From an uncultured Candidatus Saccharibacteria bacterium (GTDB taxonomy: Bacteria; Patescibacteriota; Saccharimonadia; Saccharimonadales; JAGQNJ01): a stretch of DNA of 64,000 bases. The notes beneath the pieces are model-generated. The model saw only the letters and a program-made list of their open reading frames with translations, made no database searches and had not been told where the DNA came from. How positions within the stretch are numbered: position 1 is the first letter of the stretch; every line of letters starts with the position of its first letter. This document shows positions 48,194-58,066 of this stretch, piece by piece. Location: assembly GCA_964577565.1 (NCBI GenBank), contig CAZNZL010000002.1:88650-152649 (forward strand), written 5' to 3'. The position numbers were made by a program, and so were the translations under genes.

Positions 48194-49365
48194 TGCAAGT
48201 GGTAATTGTAGGAGGCGGTTTTGGTGGCGTAAAAGCAGCTTTATCGCTAGCAAATAAACGCGACATAGAGGTTAAGCTGATATCATCGCAGAACATTTTC
48301 GAATATCATGCTGCCCTGTATAGAGCCGCTACGGGACGCTCACCGCTTGAGGTTGCCATACCCCTTAATGATTTTTTTGCCTACGCTCATAACATAGAGG
48401 TTGTGATCGATACTATAAATGATATTAATCCAAAAACTAAACACGTTTTAGGTGATTCGGGTGCTCGGTATCAGTTTGATGCGCTCATTTTGGCGATGGG
48501 CAACGTAACTGATTACTATAATATTAAAGGGTTAAAAAAGTATTCGTACGGTGTTAAAACAATTCACCAGGCATTAAAACTAAAACGTCATTTGCACGAA
48601 CAATTGTTGAATGCAGAGTCTGACAATGACTATGTTGTGGTTGGGGCTGGCGCGACGGGCGTAGAATTAAGTGCTGAGCTAACGGCTTACTTAAAAAAAA
48701 TTCGTCGTAAGCACAAAATTAAACGCAAATTTACGGTTCATCTTATTGAGGCTGGCCCAAGGGTGCTTGCCGCTATGCCAGCAAACTTCTCAAGCGTAGT
48801 TCAAAAACGGCTCAAAAAGCTCGGCGTAAAAACACGTTTTAATACGCCTGTCTTGTCAGAAACCATGGACGGCATCAAACTTGAAACCAAGCCCATACAA
48901 TCGCACACTGTCGTATGGACGGCTGGCGTTGTCAATAACCCCTTGTTTAGTAAATTTCCGGATGTTTTTAAAACCGGCAAATTGGGGCGCGTAAAGGTAG
49001 ATGAGTTTCTACAAGCCTCGCCAGATTTATACGTTATAGGAGACAGCGCCCTAACACCTTACAGCGGCATGGCTCAAACCGCCTTAAAAGATGCTGATTT
49101 TGTAGCACGTAATATTTTACGAGCACAAAAAGGCCGGTCTGCTCTAACGTATCGACCCAAGCAGCCAGTGTATGCAATACCGGTAGGCACACGATGGGCA
49201 GCTGTTTTATGGGGTAATATTCGCGTACATGGGCGATTTGGTTGGGTGCTACGGCGTATTGCTGATCTTCGGTTGTATCTCTTGTTTTTGCCCATGGCGA
49301 AGGCGGTTCGGGTTTGGCGGTACGGCTATGAAGATGTTGAGGTTTGCCCGGTGTGCAAGCAGTAG
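48193..49365 (+). CDS. Type II NADH dehydrogenase-like flavoprotein
   Basis: GGGFGG, VVGAGATGVE, WTAGV, YVIGD, AQTA. Confidence 0.87.
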   Translation: MQVVIVGGGFGGVKAALSLANKRDIEVKLISSQNIFEYHAALYRAATGRSPLEVAIPLNDFFAYAHNIEVVIDTINDINPKTKHVLGDSGARYQFDALILAMGNVTDYYNIKGLKKYSYGVKTIHQALKLKRHLHEQLLNAESDNDYVVVGAGATGVELSAELTAYLKKIRRKHKIKRKFTVHLIEAGPRVLAAMPANFSSVVQKRLKKLGVKTRFNTPVLSETMDGIKLETKPIQSHTVVWTAGVVNNPLFSKFPDVFKTGKLGRVKVDEFLQASPDLYVIGDSALTPYSGMAQTALKDADFVARNILRAQKGRSALTYRPKQPVYAIPVGTRWAAVLWGNIRVHGRFGWVLRRIADLRLYLLFLPMAKAVRVWRYGYEDVEVCPVCKQ

Positions 49366-49377
49366 TACTATGTAGGT

Positions 49378-49812
49378 ATGATAAAAAAAGTCACTAACTC
49401 AATTTTTAATGATTTGATCTTTATTACGTGGATCGTTGCCCTGGTGGCTACAATTGGTAGCCTGGGTTTGAGCGAGGTTATGAATTTAACACCATGCACG
49501 CTTTGCTGGTATCAGCGAATTTTGATGTTCCCGCTTGCCTTTATTTTAGGGGTAGGTGTATATCGTAAAGACACTAATGCCGCCTACTATGGGTTGCCCT
49601 TAAGTATTGTTGGCGGGCTGATTGCGCTGTATCATTCATTGTTGCAATGGGGCATTATAAAAGAGGTAGTATCAACCTGTTCTATTGATAGCTCGTGCGC
49701 GGTCCCGCAGATTAACTGGCTTGGTTTTATTACCATACCCTTCATGTCGTTCTTATCATTCCTAGTTATAAGTGCCTTGATGTTTTTACAGGTACGACGT
49801 TTGCGTAGATAA
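49378..49812 (+). CDS. Disulfide bond formation protein B (DsbB/BdbC)
   Basis: PCTLCWYQRILMFPL, second Cys pair, GFITIP. Confidence 0.9.
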   Translation: MIKKVTNSIFNDLIFITWIVALVATIGSLGLSEVMNLTPCTLCWYQRILMFPLAFILGVGVYRKDTNAAYYGLPLSIVGGLIALYHSLLQWGIIKEVVSTCSIDSSCAVPQINWLGFITIPFMSFLSFLVISALMFLQVRRLRR

Positions 49813-49905
49813 ATTTTTTCCTAACAACAGAATGGTCCTATTGTTGTAAAAACTGCAGCGGTATTTTGATTGACAATGCTTATGTAAATTGGCAAAAATG
49901 GACAT

Positions 49906-50259
49906 ATGGGCTTCCGCCGCCGCGAGCATCATGTAGCATCCCTAGATGAGCTTAGCGCAGAAATTGCGTGTAATGGTGGTACGATAAGGGGATATTATTA
50001 CGAGACTACTGGCCAGCATCCCGAAATAGTGTCTGATTTTTCCAGAGAAGACACATTAGTAGAAGACGTGATAGGTGTGCCGGGTATTTTTCATCGTCCC
50101 GAAGGTTTTGAAGACCACAGCAATGATATAGTCTTTGTGTCTGAAGCGCTAGAAAGTTTTGGTGCTCGGGTGGTAACAGATGAGGCGGTAACCGGTTACG
50201 CTGTTTCGGTTTTAACGCGGCATAATCTTGGCGGAGCGGCTACAGCAGGCGTGCGCTAG
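49906..50259 (+). CDS. Hypothetical protein
   Basis: 117-aa ORF after a TTGACA promoter. Confidence 0.6.
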   Translation: MGFRRREHHVASLDELSAEIACNGGTIRGYYYETTGQHPEIVSDFSREDTLVEDVIGVPGIFHRPEGFEDHSNDIVFVSEALESFGARVVTDEAVTGYAVSVLTRHNLGGAATAGVR

Positions 50260-50387
50260 TAGTATCCTCCAGTTTGTTTATGCAAACGGTATTAGCTGGG
50301 GCGTAGTTGCACTAAGTTTTCTGCCTCTTAAAAAGTAAAAAATGTACTCGCGACTGCCAGCTACAATCTAAAATCTTACAGACGCAA

Positions 50388-51494
50388 TTATTTATGCTGC
50401 TGGCTGGTATTTTGAGTTTGCGGAGATTCAGATGGGTTTGAACTGGGCGGTGTTTTCTCGGGCGTGGTTGGACTGGTGCGCTTTTGAATAACTTTATAGG
50501 TAACAAAAAGGATAACGCCAACGAGCAATAAACCAATGCCAAATAACGAGAAGTAACCGCTTATAAGATTGGCAAAATGCTGACTGATATGTTGAAGGGG
50601 CTTTTGAAATTCATTGGCTCCAGCCTGTTTTTCAGCCAGCGCAAAGACGCCTTTGACTGTTCCTTGCGAAATAAAGCCCAGCAATAGATACAACAAGCCA
50701 AGCGGAATAGCGGCCAGGCCTAGGGTTCGTAACGCTCGGTACCGTGGTTGGCTAAAGACTGCTATAACTGCTACTGCCACTACAAACAACACTCCGCTTA
50801 TTAGCGGCAGCCGTTTTACCCAGGTATATGTTGATTTAATCGGGGCAAGGTTTTGACTAATCGATTGCTGGCTTTCTTGCTCGATCTGTTGACTAGTGGT
50901 TGCGGTGTTTTCGTTACCAGGATTGCTTTGGGCATCTTGGCCTAAAAGATTGTTCGCATCAGTCGCCAGGATTTGTTGACGGACTTTCTCGACTTCTGCG
51001 GCTGTATTATAGCCGCGGGGAATGCATTCAATGGCCGTAATGTCATTGGTGGTGGGTACTACGCTGCGCGAGCAAGCAGGCAGAGTAGCCAAGCGTGCTT
51101 CTATATTTTGTGTTACGTGATTAGCAAAGTTTGCCTTAATTGCGTCTACATCGATCTTGATCTGGGGGTTGTCCGTCTTGCCATCTAACCAGGCGTACGT
51201 GGTATCTATACCGTCTTCTGCAATATTTTGAATGGTTTCATCGCTAAGAGATTTGTTTATGGCATCTTCTACCAGGGGGCCTGACACTTGTTGAGCGGTT
51301 TCGTCGCCTTGTATAAATTGTGAGCGAACCTTCTGTGCCGTTATACTGTATAGTTCACTATCTTTTAAGAGTTGCTTTGTCTGCTCTGGCTGGCCAACCA
51401 CCTTAAGAAACACAATGCTACCAACAAACAAAAGGGCGCTAATTACCAAAATGAATTTGCTTATGCCTACTGCTACTTTGTGTGAGGTTTTCAT
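50388..51494 (-). CDS. Hypothetical membrane protein
   Basis: N-terminal TM, extracellular Cys pair (LPAC...CIP), three C-terminal TM helices. Confidence 0.75.
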   Translation of the reverse strand: MKTSHKVAVGISKFILVISALLFVGSIVFLKVVGQPEQTKQLLKDSELYSITAQKVRSQFIQGDETAQQVSGPLVEDAINKSLSDETIQNIAEDGIDTTYAWLDGKTDNPQIKIDVDAIKANFANHVTQNIEARLATLPACSRSVVPTTNDITAIECIPRGYNTAAEVEKVRQQILATDANNLLGQDAQSNPGNENTATTSQQIEQESQQSISQNLAPIKSTYTWVKRLPLISGVLFVVAVAVIAVFSQPRYRALRTLGLAAIPLGLLYLLLGFISQGTVKGVFALAEKQAGANEFQKPLQHISQHFANLISGYFSLFGIGLLLVGVILFVTYKVIQKRTSPTTPEKTPPSSNPSESPQTQNTSQQHK

Positions 51495-51527
51495 GACAAG
51501 TGTTTATGCTATATGTATACTTGTAGT

Positions 51528-51932
51528 ATGCAGGAAGAAAGCGTTTTTACCAAAATTATTAAGGGTGATATTCCGAGCTATAAAATTTATGAAGATGATC
51601 AGGTCTTGGCGTTTCTTGATATTCACCCTATTCAGCCTGGACATATATTGGTAGTGCCAAAAGTTCAAATCGATCATCTTTGGGATTTACCTGACGATGT
51701 CTACCAGGCCGTTTGGCGTGTTTGTAAACAGTTGGCTGCTCACCTACAGAGTCGCCTTGGGGTTAAACGGGTTGGCGTCCAGGTACTGGGCCTTGATGTG
51801 CCTCATGCGCACGTACATCTTGTACCCTTTAATACATCTGCAGAATTTAGACACATACCTGATTTACAGGCAGAACCAGATCATGTTGCCTTGGCGGAAA
51901 TGGCTCAAAAACTTAAGCTGGAGGCCCTGTAA
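51528..51932 (+). CDS. HIT-family hydrolase
   Basis: SVFTKIIKGDIP, AFLDIHP, HAHVHLVP. Confidence 0.93.
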   Translation: MQEESVFTKIIKGDIPSYKIYEDDQVLAFLDIHPIQPGHILVVPKVQIDHLWDLPDDVYQAVWRVCKQLAAHLQSRLGVKRVGVQVLGLDVPHAHVHLVPFNTSAEFRHIPDLQAEPDHVALAEMAQKLKLEAL

Positions 51933-52114
51933 TGCCCCCTACCGTCGTAGCCCTTATGTTTGGCGCTGGGTTTGGCGCTTGGGTTTATACAAAAATTTAT
52001 CGAAACACGGGGGGTAATACCCAGAATGCTCTGGTCGTGGCGGCGGTAGCAACGGTTTTTGGCTTTATGGCGATGTTATTACTGTTGCGTTTTATAGACC
52101 AAGCCTTGCTGTAA
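51932..52114 (+). CDS. Small membrane protein
   Basis: 60 aa, two TM helices, coupled to HIT. Confidence 0.65.
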   Translation: MPPTVVALMFGAGFGAWVYTKIYRNTGGNTQNALVVAAVATVFGFMAMLLLLRFIDQALL

Positions 52115-52237
52115 CTAGCCATTTAATACTAGTTTTGCCTTCCCTTTTTCGTCCACAACTGGTAATATGAGGTTTATATGGATCCCGTTAAGCGCTTGAT
52201 AAGCAGAGTGTTTTATGGGTAAAAGGAGTAATCAAGG

Positions 52238-53134
52238 GTGGAATCAGCAGATTTAGCAAATCTCCAGAGACCTAACGGGATGGACGAGGTAGGTCTCGGT
52301 AAACAGCTGCAAAACGCGCGCGTCAGTGCGGGCTTAACGCAACAAGTACTCTGTCAAAAAGCAGAAATTTCTTACTCTACCCTTGCAAAAATAGAACGAG
52401 GCGCCATTAAGGCGCCATCAATTTTTACCATCGAGCGGATTGCTGACGTTTTAGGAATGTCGTTAGATGAGCTATTGGGCCGCCAAGTAGCCCCTACCCT
52501 CCCCCCGATAATGCCAAAAAAGACCTCTAAAAGCGGTGTGCGGTTTGTTTATTTTGATGTAAATGGTTGTTTGGTGCGCTTTTTTCACCGTGCCTTCCTG
52601 CGCCTAAGCGAAGAGCGAGGTGTTCCGGCTGACGCTGTCGAGTCTACTTTTTGGCACTACAATGATGCGGTTTGCAGGGGCGAAATGAGCATGGATGACT
52701 TTAATGCGCGACTTGCAGAAGCCCTCGGCCTGCCAGAGGTTGATTGGGCTGATTATTATATGGAAGAGGTTGACCCCATCCCCGAAATGCACGAATTGCT
52801 TACGTGGGCAGCCGAACATTACCAGATTGGGCTCTTAACCAATATTATGCCCGGTTTTATTGATGAAATGCTCGAACTCAAGCTTATCCCTAACCTCCCC
52901 TATACAGCGATTGTTGATTCGTCACAAGTGGGCTCAATCAAACCAGAAGAAGATATTTACAAAATTGCAGAAGAAAAAAGCGGCTGCGAGCCAAAAGAGA
53001 TTTTACTTGTTGATGACAGCCGGTCTAATGTCATTGCGGCTGAAAAACGTGGCTGGAAGGTGTTGTGGTTTGATGATTATCGCCCAGCCGAAAGTGCCGA
53101 GCGTATTAAGCAAGCCCTTGAATTTGCCGATTAG
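52238..53134 (+). CDS. XRE-HTH + HAD phosphatase fusion
   Basis: LTQQVLC...SYSTLAKIERG HTH; FDVNG, LLTN, KP, VDD HAD motifs. Confidence 0.87.
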   Translation: MESADLANLQRPNGMDEVGLGKQLQNARVSAGLTQQVLCQKAEISYSTLAKIERGAIKAPSIFTIERIADVLGMSLDELLGRQVAPTLPPIMPKKTSKSGVRFVYFDVNGCLVRFFHRAFLRLSEERGVPADAVESTFWHYNDAVCRGEMSMDDFNARLAEALGLPEVDWADYYMEEVDPIPEMHELLTWAAEHYQIGLLTNIMPGFIDEMLELKLIPNLPYTAIVDSSQVGSIKPEEDIYKIAEEKSGCEPKEILLVDDSRSNVIAAEKRGWKVLWFDDYRPAESAERIKQALEFAD

Positions 53135-55683
53135 CTGAGGCGTTCTAGCTCGGCCGTAAAGGCTGCCACTTCTGCTTCTGCAAGCGCGAGCTGGTCTTTG
53201 GTTTCTTGTACGACGTGGGCGGGCGCGTTAGCCACGTACGACTTGTTTGCAAGGCGTTTTTTAAGCGAGCTAACAGCTTGTTCAGCCTGTGACTGTTTTA
53301 TGCGTAGCTCGGCTACATAGGCCGTGTAGGCTTCATCAGGAACTTCTAACCAGCCCTCGGCTGACTGTAGCTTAACACCGTCTGATTGACTAACCTCTTG
53401 CAAAGATGCAACACCAGCCAGGCCTTGTATAAGCTCAGCATGTTTGGCGATTAAACTGTCCGCTAAATAACTCAACATCGGTTTGTTGAGTTTGAAGTTC
53501 TTTGATAGCTGGCGAATTTCACCCACTACTGCCTTGACTGCTTCAAATTCTGTGGCGAGGGCTTTGTTGCCTGCCACCACATGAGGCCACGGGGTGGTTA
53601 TCAGCAGGCTGTCTTTCTGCCAGCCCAGCGTTTGCCAAATGGTTTCGGTGACGAATGGCGCAAACGGGTGAGCAAGCTTAAGAATAGTTTCAAGCACATA
53701 CGCTAACATGTCGCTATTGTTCTCTGTTTTAGCGGCTTCTATGTACCAATCGGCTACGTCATTCCAGATGGTGTGATAGACCAGCTCATAGCTTTCTGCA
53801 AAACGATAATCTTCTAAGTACTCCCCTACTTTTTCTGTGGCATGTTGTAAAAGATTCAACACCCAATGATCAGCTGTTGTTTCTGGTTTAGGCGGAGCAG
53901 GTTGATAATTTGCTCCTACCTTCCCTTCTACAAAACGGGCGATATTCCATAGCTTATTACAGAAGTTCCGTCCCCCTATGACCTTGGCCATTACAAACGG
54001 CTGGTTATTACCAGGTGTTTGGCCGCTTACCATTCCCATGCGCAGGGCATCTGAGCCATAGGTGTTGATCACATCCATAGGGTTAATAACATTACCTTTG
54101 CTTTTGCTCATCTTGGCGCCGTGCTCATCCATAATAAGGCCGTGCAGATAAACTGTTTTAAAGGGGACTTTTCCGGTTACGTACAGCCCAAGCATAATCA
54201 TGCGAGATACCCATTGTGCCATAATGTCAAAGCCGGTCTCCATAAGGCTATTAGGGTAGAATTTCTTGTAGTCGTTACTATTCGGGTAGCCGAGGGTGGC
54301 AAAGGGCCACTGACCGCTTGAAAACCACGTATCAAAAACATCCGGGTCGCGCTTATAGGTTTGCCCATTAACGGTTATAAACTCTTCGTTTACTCGAGTA
54401 TCAAAGATCCAGTCTTGGTCATCTTCGGTGTTTTGAAAGGCTGGTATTGGAATGCCCCACGCAATTTGGCGTGAAATATTCCAATCTTTTAAACCCTCTA
54501 GGTAGATAATAAGTTGGTCTTGTTTTTGGGCCGGATAAAAGGTAATTTGATTATCTTTCAGTACTTTTATAGCTTTTTGGGCAAGGGGTTTCATATCAAC
54601 AAACCACTGTTCACGTAACAGCGGCTGAATAACGGTGCCACACTTGTAACAGTGGCCAACGCTATGATGGTGTGATTTTATCTTGGTGAGCAAGCCCTGG
54701 TTTTTAAGGTCAGCCACAACTTTTGTACGAGCTTCTTCTACGGTTAATCCACGGTAGTCCTCCCCTGCCTCATGCGTCATGGTGCCATCATGGCCAATTA
54801 CGCTAATTTGCGGCAGATCATGCCGCTCGCCCGCCTCAAAGTCATTGGGATCGTGAGCTGGCGTAATTTTAACGGCGCCCGTGCCAAACTCTTTATCTAC
54901 CATTTCATCGGCGATAATCGGAATTTCACGGTTTGTCAGGGGTAGCTTGGCCGTTTTACCAATAAACTTTTTATACCGTTTATCTTTGGGGTGGACGGCA
55001 ACAGCGGTATCCCCCAGCATGGTTTCGGGACGTGTCGTGGCAACAATAATTTGCCCGCTGCCATCTGTTAACGGATAGGCAATCTCCCAAATATGCCCCT
55101 CGGTTTCTTTGTGCTCTACCTCAATGTCTGCAAAGGCGGTACCATGAAACGTACAAAAGTTTACCAAGCGTGTACCTCTGTAAATAAGCCCATCATCCCA
55201 CAGCATTTTAAAGGTGTCATAGGCACGGCTAATCACTGTATCATCAAGCGTAAACGTAAAGCGACTCCAGTCTACACTGGCTCCCAAGCGTCTAATTTGG
55301 GAATAAAGGTTTTCACGGTTTAGGGCAACAAATTCCCAGATGGCGTCATAAAGCTCATCTCGCGAGTAATCAAAGCGGCTCTTCCCTTCTTTCTCAAGCT
55401 CTTTTTCATATACCACTTGGGTTTCAAAACCGGCATGGTCGGCCCCTGGTACCCACAATACTTCTTTGCCCTGCATACGATGGTACCGAACAACAATGTC
55501 TTGTAGGGCAAACATAAAGCTGTGGCCCACATGTAGATTGCCATTAGCGTTCGGCGGGGGTAAAACAATACTAAAAGTGCCCTTTCCGCCCCTGTTTTTT
55601 GGCGCAAACGTATCACTTTGTTCCCAAAGTTTATAAATGTCTGATTCGTACTTATTTGGTTCGTAAACTGACGGTAATCTCAT
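53131..55683 (-). CDS. valS: Valine--tRNA ligase
   Basis: PPPNANGNLHVGH, ATTRPETMLGD, WNISRQ, KMSKS. Confidence 0.98.
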   Translation of the reverse strand: MRLPSVYEPNKYESDIYKLWEQSDTFAPKNRGGKGTFSIVLPPPNANGNLHVGHSFMFALQDIVVRYHRMQGKEVLWVPGADHAGFETQVVYEKELEKEGKSRFDYSRDELYDAIWEFVALNRENLYSQIRRLGASVDWSRFTFTLDDTVISRAYDTFKMLWDDGLIYRGTRLVNFCTFHGTAFADIEVEHKETEGHIWEIAYPLTDGSGQIIVATTRPETMLGDTAVAVHPKDKRYKKFIGKTAKLPLTNREIPIIADEMVDKEFGTGAVKITPAHDPNDFEAGERHDLPQISVIGHDGTMTHEAGEDYRGLTVEEARTKVVADLKNQGLLTKIKSHHHSVGHCYKCGTVIQPLLREQWFVDMKPLAQKAIKVLKDNQITFYPAQKQDQLIIYLEGLKDWNISRQIAWGIPIPAFQNTEDDQDWIFDTRVNEEFITVNGQTYKRDPDVFDTWFSSGQWPFATLGYPNSNDYKKFYPNSLMETGFDIMAQWVSRMIMLGLYVTGKVPFKTVYLHGLIMDEHGAKMSKSKGNVINPMDVINTYGSDALRMGMVSGQTPGNNQPFVMAKVIGGRNFCNKLWNIARFVEGKVGANYQPAPPKPETTADHWVLNLLQHATEKVGEYLEDYRFAESYELVYHTIWNDVADWYIEAAKTENNSDMLAYVLETILKLAHPFAPFVTETIWQTLGWQKDSLLITTPWPHVVAGNKALATEFEAVKAVVGEIRQLSKNFKLNKPMLSYLADSLIAKHAELIQGLAGVASLQEVSQSDGVKLQSAEGWLEVPDEAYTAYVAELRIKQSQAEQAVSSLKKRLANKSYVANAPAHVVQETKDQLALAEAEVAAFTAELERLS

Positions 55684-55734
55684 ACGTACTCGTACAGTAT
55701 AGCATCCCTGTTAGGTTTATCTTAAGTCGTCTAT

Positions 55735-56200
55735 TTCATCCCGCCCGCGTTAGCGGGCTACGGATGACCTCTTTCTTGTGTCGTCAAGAAAGAGGCAAAG
55801 AAGCCGACTGGCGACTGTCTTCACGTGATGTATCTGATTATAAGGAGAACGTTTGCCTCCGGAACTCCTCAGTATAGTGCCACTGGCACTAGTACTTCGT
55901 CTAACATCCTCGGCAACAAAGTACACGTTCTCCTTACAACATCTACTCAGGTTCAGCCAGAGCCAGATATACTCCAGCCTCTTCTGGCTCCTGATGAATG
56001 AATATCAAAAGCACAATTGAAGCCTGAGGACTTCCCGGTAGCTGCCGGGTGACTGCAAGGAATCGTCCGAAGCATTGTGTCTTTTGACAATGAAGTCATA
56101 AAGAGCCAGGAGCTAGGCTGCGGCTTTTTGGCATACTTTTGCAGCTGTAGGTAAAAGTATGTCGCTATAGGCAACGAAGTTGCCGAGTGAAAGTATTTAG
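55735..56200 (+). ncRNA. Candidate large structured RNA, family unknown
   Basis: At least seven nested or adjacent helices; G-U wobbles favour the + strand. Confidence 0.5.
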
Positions 56201-56501
56201 AAGAGGGGAGAGAGGGTGTTTAATGTCGTTATTCAAGTGCAAGTAGGAGAAAAACTAAAAAAAAACACCCCTGTTGGAGTGAAAAATTTCACGTGAAATA
56301 AAGCAAACTTAACACAAATCACTCGGTTAAGTGCTTACAAATCCCACCCAGATTAAACTGAAACTTTTGTTTCGTATGTGCGATCCTGATGGATTTCAGG
56401 ACGGTACCCTCGTGTTTGTTTTACCCCTCTATACTACCAAGCCAAAACGAAAAGCATCAAGATTGACAAAAAGCATAAGCAGTGCTATAATACTTAATGT
56501 T

Positions 56502-56816
56502 ATGTCAAACACAAACATCGTAACTAATCCTCCAGAAGCCGTTCCAGATCAATCCGGCTGGGTTAAGATTGGAGAATATACGCTCGATCACTTAGATGGG
56601 CCAGGAACTGAGGCGGGCAAAACACGGCTCGATGAAATTAGAGAGCATCATAAAGCCCTCGGCGCGCGAACGGTAGAAATCTCGATGAACGGCAAAAACT
56701 CTGATGAGGCAAACCATTGGAATATCCAGAATGCTCGCTTGGGTGGTCCCAAAGGTGACAATATCTTCTCAGTATCTGCTCATTATCCACCCCAAGAAAA
56801 GGGCAGGGAAGAATAA
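56502..56816 (+). CDS. Hypothetical protein
   Basis: TTGACA-17-TATAAT promoter (56463-56491) then ATG 56502. Confidence 0.65.
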   Translation: MSNTNIVTNPPEAVPDQSGWVKIGEYTLDHLDGPGTEAGKTRLDEIREHHKALGARTVEISMNGKNSDEANHWNIQNARLGGPKGDNIFSVSAHYPPQEKGREE

Positions 56817-56867
56817 TATAGCACCGTAGTCCGCCTAGTTTAACGTACTTCTAACGAAAGTGAAGCG

Positions 56868-58004
56868 TTACATTGATAAATTGGGGTAGATGTCGAGTGA
56901 GTAAGGGTCGGCAGTTGGCTGGTTGTGCATGGCTTTAAAGCAGCCAAGGGTAGCTATCATGGCGCCGTTGTCAGTGCATAGTTTAGGATCGGTATACTGC
57001 AAGATTTGCGCCGCCGTGGCAGTGTTGCCAGCCCTGCTGGTAAGCAGGTCACGGCGGCGCAAATCTTGCAAGCCAAGTACCTTGGTTAATCTACCTTCTA
57101 ATTGGTGGCGGAGTTCTTGGCTGGCAGCAACACCTCCCGCAATAACGACGCTGCGAGGTTGAAACTCTGTAAACGCCTCACATGTCTTATCAACTACTGT
57201 TTCGATGGCAATTTTCTGAAAACTAGCGGCTAAATTGGCCTTTTGGGCATCAGAGAGGCGCCCTGACAGCTTAAAACTAGGAAAGGTATGATCTACGCCC
57301 GCTTCGCTTTGGGCAGCCCGTAGGACGGCCGTTTTGAGCCCAGAAAAGCTAAAATCATAACGGTTTTCCATTTTAGCCTTAGGGAAAGTAAGAGTATCAG
57401 CGTTGCCGTTTTGGGCAGCTTTGGCAATACTGGGGCCGCCAGGGTAGGGGAGGCCAAGCATTTTGGCTACTTTATCAAAAGCCTCACCAATGGCGTCGTC
57501 GTGGGTCTGGCCAAGTAATTGGTAATCAAAATGATCACGGAACAACGCTAACTGCGTATGCCCACCACTCACAATAAGTGCAAGGCAAGGGAAGGCTGGC
57601 TGACTACTCGGCAATACATAGCTGGGCAGAGGAGTAGATGTAATAAAGTTGGCGTAGACATGACCCTCTACATGGTTAATAGCATACAGGGGTTTATTTT
57701 TGGTAATTGCCAGGGTTCGAGCGGTAAGCACGCCAATCAACAAAGAACCCCCCAGTCCTGCCCCATAAGTTACGGCAACTGCATCTATAGAAGACCAATC
57801 CATTTGCCCCTGCTTAAGGGCAGCATCTAATGTGGGGGTCATAGCCTGTATGTGTTCACGGGCTGCAATCTCTGGTACGACACCACCGTATTGGGCGTGG
57901 ATATCCATGCTGCTTGCGGTAACACACGCCAATAATTCGCGGCCATCTTTAACGATGCCAACGCTGGTTTCATCGCAGCTGGTTTCAATCCCTAACACAA
58001 TCAC
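56868..58004 (-). CDS. tsaD: tRNA t6A threonylcarbamoyltransferase TsaD, with ~25-aa palindrome-encoded insertion
   Basis: LGIETSCDET, GGVVPEIAAREH, NHVEGH, VSGGHT, FSFSGLKT, CTDNGAMIA. Confidence 0.97.
   Translation of the reverse strand: MIVLGIETSCDETSVGIVKDGRELLACVTASSMDIHAQYGGVVPEIAAREHIQAMTPTLDAALKQGQMDWSSIDAVAVTYGAGLGGSLLIGVLTARTLAITKNKPLYAINHVEGHVYANFITSTPLPSYVLPSSQPAFPCLALIVSGGHTQLALFRDHFDYQLLGQTHDDAIGEAFDKVAKMLGLPYPGGPSIAKAAQNGNADTLTFPKAKMENRYDFSFSGLKTAVLRAAQSEAGVDHTFPSFKLSGRLSDAQKANLAASFQKIAIETVVDKTCEAFTEFQPRSVVIAGGVAASQELRHQLEGRLTKVLGLQDLRRRDLLTSRAGNTATAAQILQYTDPKLCTDNGAMIATLGCFKAMHNQPTADPYSLDIYPNLSM
56998..57070. repeat. 73-bp palindromic element inside tsaD
   Basis: 21-bp perfect inverted repeat TGCAAGATTTGCGCCGCCGTG / CACGGCGGCGCAAATCTTGCA with an inner hairpin. 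Confidence 0.9.
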
Positions 58005-58066
58005 ATTGACATTATAACAGAGAAGAACTATTGAATAACATTACAAAACGTGGTATAATACCTATT

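Noticed and set aside
55690-56220. T-box riboswitch for valS, or RNase P RNA / tmRNA
   Set aside because: No T-box GGTGGNACC antiterminator on the valS strand; a -10 (TATACT) sits directly before the valS ATG; wobble pairs favour the opposite strand; RNase P and tmRNA signature motifs are not in the right order.
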